A stretch of DNA of 64,000 bases from positions 281,852-345,851 of the forward strand of contig JAQGDQ010000058.1 in NCBI GenBank assembly GCA_030141605.1, written 5' to 3'. Positions 52,901 through 64,000 of this stretch are shown one piece after another. Made by a program: the position numbers and the translations under genes. The notes beneath the pieces were generated by a model. It did not search any database and was not told the DNA's origin. It saw nothing but the letters and a program-made list of their open reading frames with translations. Origin of the DNA: Tubiluchus corallicola (Eukaryota > Animalia > Priapulida). The stretch's first letter is position 1; each line of letters starts with the position of its first letter.

Positions 52901-55900
52901 GTTTTCACTTAATTCACTTATATAAATTATGCTTCTTCAATAAATTGCACGTAGGTAGTTTTGACATTAATACGTTTCTAAAATTCATTTAAAGCCTTTG
53001 CTATGCATACTAAGGTCATGAGTGATGACTCATACTTGTATATAGTAATATACTAAACCTTTGGCTAATTCGCGCAGTCGGTTAATTGGGTCAAAACACT
53101 TGCGTCCCAAAGTGAGTCTATTAAGCGGCGCCTGCTATAGTAGCATAATTTTCACAAGAAAACTCTAAATTTAAAATGTTGTACAAACAATTCAATATTG
53201 TTACTCACGTGCCACTGCCAGAGCGAAAAGCAGCACAGGCAGCAATGTCTAAACTGGACCGTCTTCTTTCTGCATCATACTAAACACAAATAGAACCTTG
53301 GTATATAATACAATCAATGGATAGTTTGGCATACAAGATACAGCAAAACCAAAAGTGTAGTAGCACAAGTTCATAAACCATGAGAATAATAAAGAACAAA
53401 GTCTTACGGAATTATCGAAGCAACGAATTAATGTTATTGCCTGATTCTAGTCACTTCAAAAAACGAAATATAAAAGTCTGTATGACTAACACACACTCTC
53501 CAAGGCTTGACATATTTAAACAGTACTGCAAGCATCGACTGCTATACTAAACAGTAAGCGGCGACTACTATATACAGATTTTCAACTATGACATAACGTC
53601 TAGCAATGACATATATAAACTCATTATTTTCAGGTCATTAAAAAGTATTTCATGTGACATTTGCTGCAGAAAATACTCAAAATTATGAACATCACATCAC
53701 CAATTCTCAAATAAAATCTCCCAGGAAGTTATGAGCAACAAAACCTTGTCACTCCGTCACCCGTGTGGATTTTTCTGCAATTTTTTCAGTCATTTAGACT
53801 CTAATGGGGAACAAATCAATACACACTCACACACATAACTTCATATTGGAAGAGAAGCAGCTCAACAGCCCAGCATTGCTGAGGTTAGTGGATTTTTAAT
53901 TAGAATACTGTTTTTTGCTTTTTGCATAAATTTACGAATTTAAGTTGCATTAATTTTGAGCAAATTTGCATACGTTGTACAAGATAGGTATGGTTTTATT
54001 AGTTAATTTATTAGTTTTATTATTAGATTTATTAGTTAATACCCACTAACTTATTCTGTAAATATATACGATACTTTATTTCCAATAAAATCAGTGATGT
54101 ACACGCTGCACATATATCCAGGTTAGGATAGTTACCTACCCTAATAAAATTTATGAAAATGAAACTTGCCTATTTATTTTATCAGTTTGCCAGATTTCCT
54201 CCCAAATCCCAAACCATTCTTTCATTTGGTCACTCGAAAAGCAGTCACACACAGACAATATCGAAAACACACACACACAAATAAACACACATATACACAT
54301 GCAAACAAACTTCATTTTTATATTAGAGACATCAATTGCCAGTACCAAAAAGCCACATTATATTATTAACTATAAACCTGGGTAAGCTAGATTATGCAAC
54401 CATTAAGAGGGTCTATTCACCATTATAATCTATGCACCGCACATGACCTTATTGTAATGGAAAAAGACACAATATAATTAAAATACGCTGAAACAAGGAG
54501 CACTAGAATATCAACCATACCTTTATATCGTCCTCGATCACATCATCCAAAATGTCATTAATGTCATCATCTAACCTATAATTGATACAGAAAAGTCAAA
54601 ACTAGTACCAGATCTGCTTCTAAACAAGAGAGGTATTAATGTTACTCGTGAAAGTTCTGTTTCATTAATTACCATATAAATATTGCACAATGATTGTGGT
54701 GTATTGTACAATAATTGTGGTGTATTGTACAATGATTGTGGTGTATTGTACAATAATTAATTAAAAAGAATAAGATTGATGGCCATTACAATACTCACAA
54801 CACATAAAAATAAAAAACATTTCAAACATATTTTCTTTTACGTTATCATTAGAAAGGTGGATTATAGGAATATATAGTGAATGAAAATGTATGAAAAGAA
54901 GATATATATATAAAAAAAATTTTAGTTTTTAATTTTTGAAGATTTTGCAGTAACTTCTTTACTATGTTTTCTTTTATTCTGTTTTCACTGAAATTCCAAC
55001 TCGTTAATCTTTTCCCAAACAGAAATTGTTTAATCTGAGACACTTCATGAAAAATTGCTACAAACTATATAAGCTTCGCAATGAGATCTATTAACATGGG
55101 GACGATTTCCATACAGCTTGGGAAGTATGTAAAAATTATCTGAAGAAACAGTTCACAAAACCAGCAGTGAAACTGAAGGCATCAAATTACTTATCTCAAA
55201 ATGCTGTTAGCATTAGTAATTTCAAATATCGAACAGTCAATTCAAACGCTCGGGCCTACCAAAATACCATATTTTTAAAGAACAAAACATTTCACTGACT
55301 ATAACACATTATAGTTTGTTTAAGCTCTCAGTAAAGTGCCATTTAATTATTTTGTTTGTTAACATGAAGTTTTCCCACGTGACATCACCTACTGTTTGGT
55401 TACTTAGGTAACAAAAGCCAGATCAGATTCCTTTTCAAGGACAGCATGGGTTGCTCATATTTTAGTGAAAACAACAAAAACCTGCAGGTAATGTGTTAAT
55501 GATCTACCAAATAACAAATTTTTGCAAGTGTTCTGATATCATGCCAGAGTGCCAAAATCCAAGCACAGCGCAGAGTGACTATTTTTTAGTGTAATTTTAA
55601 TCTGTGAGTCACAGCATACCAAAAACACATGACAAAGTTTGTCCTATAAAACTAAAAACTTCTAGCTTTCACGCGATAAATGTGTTGAAAAAAAATCTTT
55701 GAAAGATTTCACACTATTGTCTTTAATTTGCAATGTTCAATAAATTAAGGTTGGCATTTGTTAATTCTTTTGTAGTGAGTACATCCAAGTTATGGCACCC
55801 ACCAGCTAAAACTGAATCATTATTCCTTGTTTGCTGGCACACCCTTATTATTCTTGTGACATAAAGGAAGGAGTACGGCATCAAATTTGTGATTCAAAGG

Positions 55901-58900
55901 ATAGTGATGTGACTCTGCTCTGCTAGATGGCTGCCACAACAGAAACGCACTAGACGCAAGCGATTTGGTCAAAATTAGCACCAGTGAGCCCTGGTTATAA
56001 TCAGTGTATAATACATCAAGGTTAATTGCAGATGCTTTAGCTTCTGTACAAGCTACTTAGATAGCCCACCTTATCAAAGGGAAGGACTGCATTGAGGACA
56101 GGTTGCAGAATTACTCATGGTATTGCAGGAAATAACACATAAAGAAAATATAACCTTCTTTGTAACTTTTTTCTACATGACTGATGAAGTTGCTAACTAG
56201 ATATATCTTGATCGTGCCTCTCTTTTTTGCTGCACTGTTCCTGTTTGTAACAATAGATGGATACTTTACTAAACCATCTAGTCCATGGTCAAGAAATATT
56301 CACAATTGCCAGGATGATAATAATGTGGGCAACTATTTGATAAAGGTATGCTGGAGATGTTGCTCTGAAACTTATAATAAATGCTATAAAACATGCTGCA
56401 AATTAGGCAGAAAATACTGGACATGTCTTGATGAAAGTTGGGCTGTTCGGTCCGAAGGTCAAAGTTTTAAGCTCTGTATTTTATTAATGTTTGGCTCTTT
56501 CTGGATCTACAACACATTTGTTTACAAATGAAGTTATGTACAGGCCTAGTTTTATAAGATTTTTTAAAGTGTCAATTTTGCTCAAAAAACTCAAAATCTC
56601 TGTGTTTATTATAGATTATTGTTCTGTGTTTTAGTCGGTGCCAGAAATTGAAACACAATGCATCATCAACAATATCCCATTGTCGTTTTTGAGTACATAG
56701 ATCTGTTTGTTCCATTGAATAAGAAAAGGCTGGGAATTAGAAGAATTTAATAATAAGAATGCAACTCAATTTTCACAATCAACGTGTATTGCTGTTGCAT
56801 TTTTCAGTTATATAAAAGAATTAAAAAGTAAAAAGCATCAACATTCCGCACACGACATGTGGACAGTTGTCTCAGACTAGTTTTAACATTCAAAAATAAT
56901 GAACTATTATAGCATTGTAAAAACAAAATTTCAATTTATCTGTAGCTGCAAACCAAAGCCCTTCTTCAAAGAAACGTCAAGAAGAAGAAAGACTAAGAAT
57001 GTAGTCACACGAATACCGGGAAAAGTTTAAATAGATTCAGTCCCTTATCACAACCATTGGCAATGATGAACATGCCAATGAACAGTAACATTTATGCAAA
57101 TTGGAAATGCCTCTAAAAGGCACTTATTTTGCCTTCAGGCCACTGAAAAGTTGTCTCCATTATCTGGCTTAAACGTGGAAAGTGACTTCTCGAATGTCAC
57201 TACAGACACAAAGCAAACAGTTCCAACAAGATCCAAAGATGTTTCCAAGTTTGATATCAATTGAACGACCGGGTTTTTTTCTATAAACACATGTAGGTTA
57301 CAGTATATTTTGCTACAAAATTATATCAAATAACTAATAATGCACGTTTGAAACGTACGTGATTTGCACAGGATTTACTTTTATTTTAGATTATATATAT
57401 ATATATATATATATAATCTTTATATATATCAACACAGTGTGTGATACACATCTGATGAAATGTAATTAATCGTAAAAACAAGTATGTAAACTCAGTTCTA
57501 AGGCAGCATCTATCAGACATCCGGAATGCGTTATTGCACAAAAATCACTTTATAGGCTCTTGTTCTCGTTTAAATGAACCTGTTTATCAGACAATTGCGT
57601 TTTTTAACTATTACCTATTTATTTTTTATATGCAGCTAGAAATGCAATAAGCCATGATGCATTCTGGATGTCTGGAAAATGCAATTTAAAAGTGTTACTT
57701 GTCGATTTCAATATACTAAACGAAAGGCCTAGATAACAACTAAAGTATAAGCTGCTGAAAAGAGTTATCAGTTGCAAATTTAGCAATTTTCTCTACCAGA
57801 AATGAGGCCAGGCAGCCACAAAATCTTCCTGTTCCCATTTTCTCAATGTGTGTAGCCACAGAAAATCCTATACAACATTTTATTTTATACAGCAACATGA
57901 AGCCATTACATAGAATATTATTCCTTACAAGCCTACTTATGTTTTTTCTGCTTATATGTACTTACTAATAAATTTCGCATTCAAGCAGTTTTCATAAAAA
58001 ACTCCCAAATAACTGTTATTATTTTTCCACCGTTATGCTATCAGTACACACAAGTTGCATGGTGGATACGTAATTGTACCCTACACAATCATTTGAAGTA
58101 AATGAGATTTTCAACAAGCAAAAACCAATCTCCTTACCGAATTTTTTGTAAAAAACATCAGAATCCTAACTGCATACACTTATATATTTATATTTTGTTT
58201 GTTTTCTTTTATATTTTTACTTTTTTGAAAGTAATAATTCATTCAGTACATGAGTAAGCAGACAGATTTAAGTCTATCAGGCTCCAGTGACATTGTCATA
58301 ACACGACATCCTCATAGTAACAATCCGCGAATGAGTTTTTTTATTGGCATTTAGATGCTTTTTAAACAACCAGATTAATTGAAACTATGTTGTAAATAAT
58401 ACAATTTTAGGTAACGAGGGCATCACTAACTGTGTACGTCGATTTTGTTTAATAAATGTCGATTTAGAAAAGATAAAGCTTTCTTTAAATTGGAGACATA
58501 GAAAACATGAAAAGCTTAGTTTACCGGTCCTGGGGACCGGTGTAAAAATGACTTCTGCCAATCCTCGGGCAGATTTACTGGAATTTTCAGGAGGAAAAGT
58601 GCTAAACTTGCACCCTGTAACTCGACTGCAGTGCTATTATTGTGGCAATTTCGTTATACACTTACAGAGTTGATTCATTGCATTTCTGGGTGCTGGAAAC
58701 ATAGATTTGTATAGGCAAACCCACCCATGCTAAAATGCCGATGTGTGATCTCAGTAATCGAAGTCTGTGGTATTGCCCACCACTAGGATAATTGTGTAGC
58801 GTCCCACTTTCTACAGGTGCATGTGAACGAAAACGTACGTGTTCAAGGCATTAGGGTCAGCGATGGAAGGAAGTAAGTAAGTAAATAATTTGTCTCTAAA

Positions 58901-61179
58901 TGTTTACAAAATGAAAATAAACAAAAGCAAAAGACTAAAATAAAGATGAAAAAGAGATGGGGGGGGGGGGGCAAAAAGACCAAAGGTCACCAAGTCAGTC
59001 ACCCCTGTCCAAATTGAAAAAAATTAAGTGACCTCTCAAGTAGGTATGTATACAAATGAATAATAAGCAGTAACTTGGCAAAAAATGAGACAAGTTCAAA
59101 TGAGTTTAAATTTAGAAACAATAAATAACTATGGCAAATGAGAAGAGGCAAAATTTAAATTAGCAAACAAAGCACAAAATTTAAATTTAAATCAAGAGAT
59201 TAAATCAACTCAACAAAAACAAAACTAAAAATTGCATATAAATCAAGAAACTCAATCCAACAACAGATGAACCAAAGAGAAAAGAATGAAGCAATGTCAG
59301 TCCATGGGAACTGTAAATCATCACCAGGTCAAGCACCCATATCCAAGTTTAAAGAAAATTATATGACCTGACAAGTACAGACAAGGAAATAGTAATCAAC
59401 ATTTTGAAAATAAAAATAAAAATGATAACCAGGGAGAAATTAACATAATGAATTCAAATGTGTTTATGATTAAGTGGCAACAATAAATAAATAAATATGG
59501 CAAATGGGATGAAACAATATTTAAATTAAAAAAAAATTGAATTTAACTCAAGAGACGTAATTTGTAGGAATTACCAAAAAAAACTACAGCAATACCAAAC
59601 TACGAAAATTGTAGATTCGTTGAACAAAATATAACTCCAGTAAAAGTAAAGAAAATGGATCCGTGATCAAACAATAAGAATAATGCCAAATTTTTTCCAG
59701 ACTAGGTGAAGATTGAGTGAAATAGATGTCTAACCGAAAGGTAACTAAGAGATAAATTAGAAACTAACAATACAAATTTTTTTCTAAATTTCATTAACTA
59801 ACTTGAATAGTTGCCGTTTAAATAGAGATGAATTTTTTTACTGCAGTGTGCAATGTTTGGCAAGCTATGATTTCAGGAGGGAGACTATTAAAATGTTTGA
59901 CACCATTATGGTATATAGAGTTCAAGCCATATTGGGTCTTGAACCTATTTTGAAAATAGTAGTCTCTTTCTGGAGATCTCATGGAGCATGAATGAATTTT
60001 GTTTGTTTTTAAAAAGTAATTCTTATATATACCTGGAAAAGTGTCTATTTTATACCTATACATAAATTTAAAAGTTGCAAACTATATATATCTCAAACTT
60101 TTAGTATATTTAACTGGTTATACGACGGTGTAGCATGTGCCGTGTAATGACAGAATGTAATTAATTTAACAATTTTGTATTGTAAGGTGGTAAATGGTTG
60201 TAGTATATATTGCTTTGTTTTCCCCAGCACAGCACACGCTACACCATCCTATACAGTAATGTAAGTAGGGATACACTAAAGCGTAATATATCATTTTGAG
60301 GAATGACATATTCATAAAGTAACATAGTTTTGCAAATATACCTCTAGTCTTACTTAGTTTTGTCGTTATAGTATTAATATCAGTTTTCCATTTTATATTA
60401 CTTTCAATTTGGAGCCGAAGGTACTTAATGCAGTTGGTTTAAATTAAATCATGACTAACTATTTTTAAATTAAACAGTGAATTCTCATTTTATGATATGT
60501 TCCTTCCAATTATCAAGTACTTGGTTTTTGTTAAATTTACTGACAGTCTGTTGGCTAACATCCAGTTACTGACATTTATTAATTCGCAATTAGTTTGATT
60601 TTGGAGAGACTGTAAATTGGTGTCAGATAGAAAGAAACTCATGTCTTCATCAAAGAGTCGAGTGTTTAAGTTAGAACAAAGAGGCAAATTGTTAATGTAG
60701 AAGAAGAAAAACAGAGGGCTAAGGACAAAGCCCTGCCTAACGCCACATGTCAAGCGGAGTTGAGTTGGGTGGGTTTGCTGCACGCATGTGAATTGCTGGC
60801 GATTGCGCAGGTATGATTTGATGAGATCCAGGGCTGTGCCTCCTATGCCATAGATTTGTAGTTTATAAAGTAAGATAAGGTGCTGAACTGTGTCGAAGGC
60901 TTTCGAAAGTTCTAAAAATATAGCACATGTGAGCAGAGTTTTTGTCCAGGTAGTACAATAAGTTTTCCATAAATTCGCCAGTAGCTACGCCTGTAGAGAA
61001 GGATTGCTAAATAAACTGTATGTATGCTTACTGCTTAGTTGTATTAATTTAATAATACTAATAACCAACCGTTTTTTCGACTTCGTTTCTTCTAAGTATT
61101 TGCGGGTTGATTTGCGAGTTTTCTTAACAGATAGTTGTTCTTCGACTTCATCTAGAAGATCGTCCAGGTCATCAGCCAT
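49918..61179 (-). CDS. CFAP418: Cilia- and flagella-associated protein 418 (C8orf37 homolog), ~186 aa, 6 exons
   Basis: Minus-strand exons 61179-61070, 54575-54521, 53279-53209, 52243-52172, 50988-50840, 50021-49918. [77 protein letters not shown] follow the C8orf37 family in order. Confidence 0.93.
52427..53137. mobile_element. Tc1/mariner-pogo-type MITE, copy 2 (CFAP418 intron)
   Basis: ta|cagtaggcgccatttattagactca ... tgagtctattaagcggcgcctgcta|ta; internal blocks shared with 30575-31286. Confidence 0.88.
54680..54755. repeat. 21-bp tandem repeat, ~3.5 copies
   Basis: tattgtacaatgattgtggtg units. Confidence 0.9.
56184..56651 (+). CDS. Putative secreted 8-Cys peptide nested antisense in CFAP418 intron 1
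   Basis: ORF 56184..56531 starts with a signal-peptide-like [26 protein letters not shown] followed by C-x13-C-x2-CC-x6-C-x3-CC-x8-C. A possible splice 56457|gt...ag|56635 ends it as ...WAVRSEVGARN* (96 aa). No paralog in the window to confirm. Confidence 0.6.
58870..60990 (-). mobile_element. 5'-truncated, decayed LINE (L2/CR1/Crack group): RT domain plus long 3' UTR
   Basis: Minus frames give [17 protein letters not shown]...[57 protein letters not shown], with stops/frameshifts and a degraded catalytic motif (LFDEDM); short-repeat tail near 58870. Confidence 0.88.
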
Positions 61180-61846
61180 TCACTCTTTGTTGGATAAATA
61201 ATAAAATAAAATCTAAGTTGTTACTAAATAAAAATTTAAACTTGGTTTATAAACAGTACTTTACGCTGCTTATAGATATAGTACATCCTGCCATCTGTTA
61301 ACAGAATGAATAACTACAAAAAGAAAATCTATGGTTTGGAACAAAACATTTATTTTGCTAGTTCTTATTAAAACTAATAAAGCATGTTTTACAGTAATTC
61401 AAAACAAATTGTTACAAATTTTATAACTGTTATTTTCAGTTTTCGTAAGAAAATATATATCCATTGAATACTGCATTATAAATCTTTCATGCCGAAAGGC
61501 AGGTTTAATTAAGAGCGAAAATAAATACGGAGAGTTTTGCTTTACGACATAGCTACAGCATACTCTATTTCCCGCCAAATTAAAAAGTAGAAACTGGAAA
61601 ATTGATAAATATGTACACATATAAGTGGTGGATAATATAAACCAATAGTATTTCAATAGCTTATTAAAATAATTTATCCTACAACTTTATAACTACATTT
61701 TCTAACTATTGCGCTTAAAAATTGTGTTCAAAAATGCTAAGTTGTATGAACGGGTTTACGTGTCAGCTATAATTCAGGGATTTGGTGTCTGGGCAAGCGC
61801 TTAACATCAAACCAAGCCTGTTACTGATAGTAGGAACTAAAAAAAG
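61180..61846. promoter_or_regulatory. Putative bidirectional promoter between CFAP418 and POLE, with an E2F-type site at 61568-61579
   Basis: Divergent ATGs at 61179 and 62304; TTTCCCGCCAAA fits the E2F consensus; strong donor aag|gtaagt after 61846 suggests a non-coding first POLE exon. Confidence 0.55.
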
Positions 61847-62303
61847 GTAAGTTAATGAGTGCGTACTTTTACGCAGCGAATTTTTCTTTAAATGAAAATC
61901 GCAAGTTTATATGTTTAACAGCCAAATCTAGGCTATAGTTGCCTGTAATATTGCTTTATTTCTATTAGCATTGCACATAATTGTATGTTCAGTTGACTGT
62001 ATAGTGCCTTTTGAAGATGACGACGATTAGTTCATTATGATCGATTTTGTAGTCTTAGTGATTTACATATTTCTGTTTGCTGTGCATATGATTTATGCTG
62101 TCTTTTCATTAAAGAACTAATGCCATAACGGATGTGGAATTTGTGTTTCAACAAGTTGGAGCAAGTCTGTGTTACAGTTACTGTAATATTAATATTTGAC
62201 ATTTAAAGGCTCCAAAAAATGTATAACTTGCTAGTTCTGGGCAGATGATGTCTGTGATCTTTTTGAAAGTATCTTATGCTTTAAAACTTATTTTAGGAGG
62301 ACA

Positions 62304-63883
62304 ATGGTGCTAGAAAATACTGGTCGGTTTATGCCTGATAAAGGACAGACTACAGAATCTGATGCAACTGGGTAGTGTAGCTGCAAATTATGAACTTTCT
62401 TTTTACATAAAAATGTACAATAACACATCGCTTAACAACGCCCCTGTTAGTGACATTTCGTGTTAATCATTTGACACTTTTTCACTTAACATCACATGTT
62501 TGCTTTAACAACAATTTTGTTAGCCTTATCTTAAGCACTAAATCTTGTTTATTGCATTGGCACTCTATAAATGAAGCCTATTGTTTAACCCAGATTCAGT
62601 ACAATGGTAATAAATCGCCCAACTAAAAAACTGACAGTCAGACACAATAATTCATTGCTTTCCCACGTTTAGATAAAATTCCTCTTATGTTACATAGTTA
62701 GTTACTGTGTTCGCATCGTTTGGATCATTTTAGCTGTCAACACTGAAAACAACCTTGATGGAAAACAGCTGAACACAGCTTGAAAGTAAGAAGGGACATA
62801 GGAAACGTGATGCAATGTCTAAAAAGTGTTGGCCGAAAAAAGGCAAAAATCTAAGCAACAAACCCTAGATTTTTTGTGAAAAAAGAAAAGGAAGAAAAGT
62901 GGTTGATAGGAGAAGACTTGTGTTTCAAGTCTATATTATAGTGTTCAAATACTGTTTTATTTTAAAAATAGGTAATGAAGACCTGTAAGCAATCAACCTT
63001 ATAATATGTTTAATTTATGAGCCAATCGTTATTGATTTTTTTTCTGACAACAACTGAATGCTTTACATAATTGTGCTTTGGTGATTTTTGTTCCTGCAAG
63101 CAATTGAACGCTTTTACAAAGCCAAACACTATTGATTTTTTTCTTGTCGAACACAACTGGATGCATTAGGCTTAAATAGCATAAAACAATACGAACAGCA
63201 TTATAATTTTATCATCTGCAGATCATAGACTATGAAATAAGGGTTTGCAAGGCTCAAAGCAGATTTTTGCTGTTGATTGATACTAATATTTTTTCTTTTC
63301 TTGCAGAATAAGAGATGACTCCACCGAACAACGACTTCTGAGATCGATAGAAAATGATGAAATTGATGCCAGGTTTGGTTTTGAGAGGTACAAAGATGCT
63401 CAGGAAAGAGTCGGATGGTTAATTAACATGCATCCAGTGAGTGTGTTTTTGTACAGGTGTTTTCATCTAGAAATTGATATTTGAATGTGATTTAATTCCA
63501 TACTTTCTATATATATTCAGTATTTATGACAGGTTGTATCTTGCAATGAAGACTGTCATAAAAGACTTGCAAAAAATCTGCAATGAAGCGAAATCTAGTG
63601 TTAACATCTTGTATAGACTTGTACAATTTGTATTATCTTGTTTCACCAGTATTTTTCATGTTCAAGTTTAGAATTTAACACCGAAACATGTTTCTCACCC
63701 ACAAGCAGTATCTAGTTGTTTGAATTAAGTTATTGATAACATTAAGAATCAAGTTAACAATAAAAATGTTATAAAATTTTTCTGGCGTTCTTTTTTATTT
63801 AGACTGACATTCTTAATGAAGATAAAAGACTGGTCAGTGCAGTTGACTACTATTTCTTTCAAGATGATGGCAGTAGGTTTAAG
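62304..63883 (+). CDS. POLE: DNA polymerase epsilon catalytic subunit, first three coding exons (continues beyond window)
   Basis: Exons 62304-62371, 63307-63436, 63803-63883: MVLENTGRF...[52 protein letters not shown], matching the conserved POLE/Pol2 N-terminus. Confidence 0.96.
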
Positions 63884-64000
63884 GTATGTTGTAACCATTT
63901 ACGCAGATGCCTGGAAGTAAATAAACAAACAGTTATTAAATTTTAATGTTGTGCTTCCTTGCCAATGTAAATTTGTGAAGTGCACTAGATTAACATAGCA

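Noticed and set aside
54571-54619. Upstream acceptor for CFAP418 exon 2
   Set aside because: Leads to an in-frame TAG; the acceptor at 54575 restores LDDDINDIL.
57506-57682. Imperfect inverted repeat (cagacatccggaatgc / gcattctggatgtctg)
   Set aside because: Short and degenerate with no TSD; probably an old MITE remnant.
58523-58580. Hairpin accggtcc-tgg-ggaccggt and a possible extra CFAP418 exon
   Set aside because: Exon phases do not fit the flanking exons; more likely a repeat end.

Overview
AT-rich eukaryotic (metazoan) genomic DNA with intron-containing genes; gene content and compact introns suggest a marine invertebrate chordate such as an ascidian (inference only). Most of the ORF track is noise, so genes were reconstructed by hand from GT/AG boundaries and frame continuity. 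In order: a partial minus-strand gene with a PPxY motif; two tandem 7-exon alpha-carbonic anhydrases; three paralogous two-exon genes for an unnamed ~80-aa hydrophobic, Cys-rich protein; two tandem 3-exon genes for secreted proteins joining an N-terminal CGWG motif, two EF-hands and a chitin-binding type-2 (peritrophin-A/CBM14) domain; CFAP418/C8orf37 on the minus strand, carrying a nested opposite-strand ORF for a signal-peptide, 8-Cys peptide in intron 1; and the 5' end of POLE, head-to-head with CFAP418. Introns and spacers hold MITEs with identifiable TIRs/TSDs, a solo LTR, LINE remnants and long microsatellites. Best candidates for new biology: the EF-hand/chitin-binding proteins, their co-oriented clustering with the carbonic anhydrases and the small membrane-protein family, and the nested cysteine-rich peptide.
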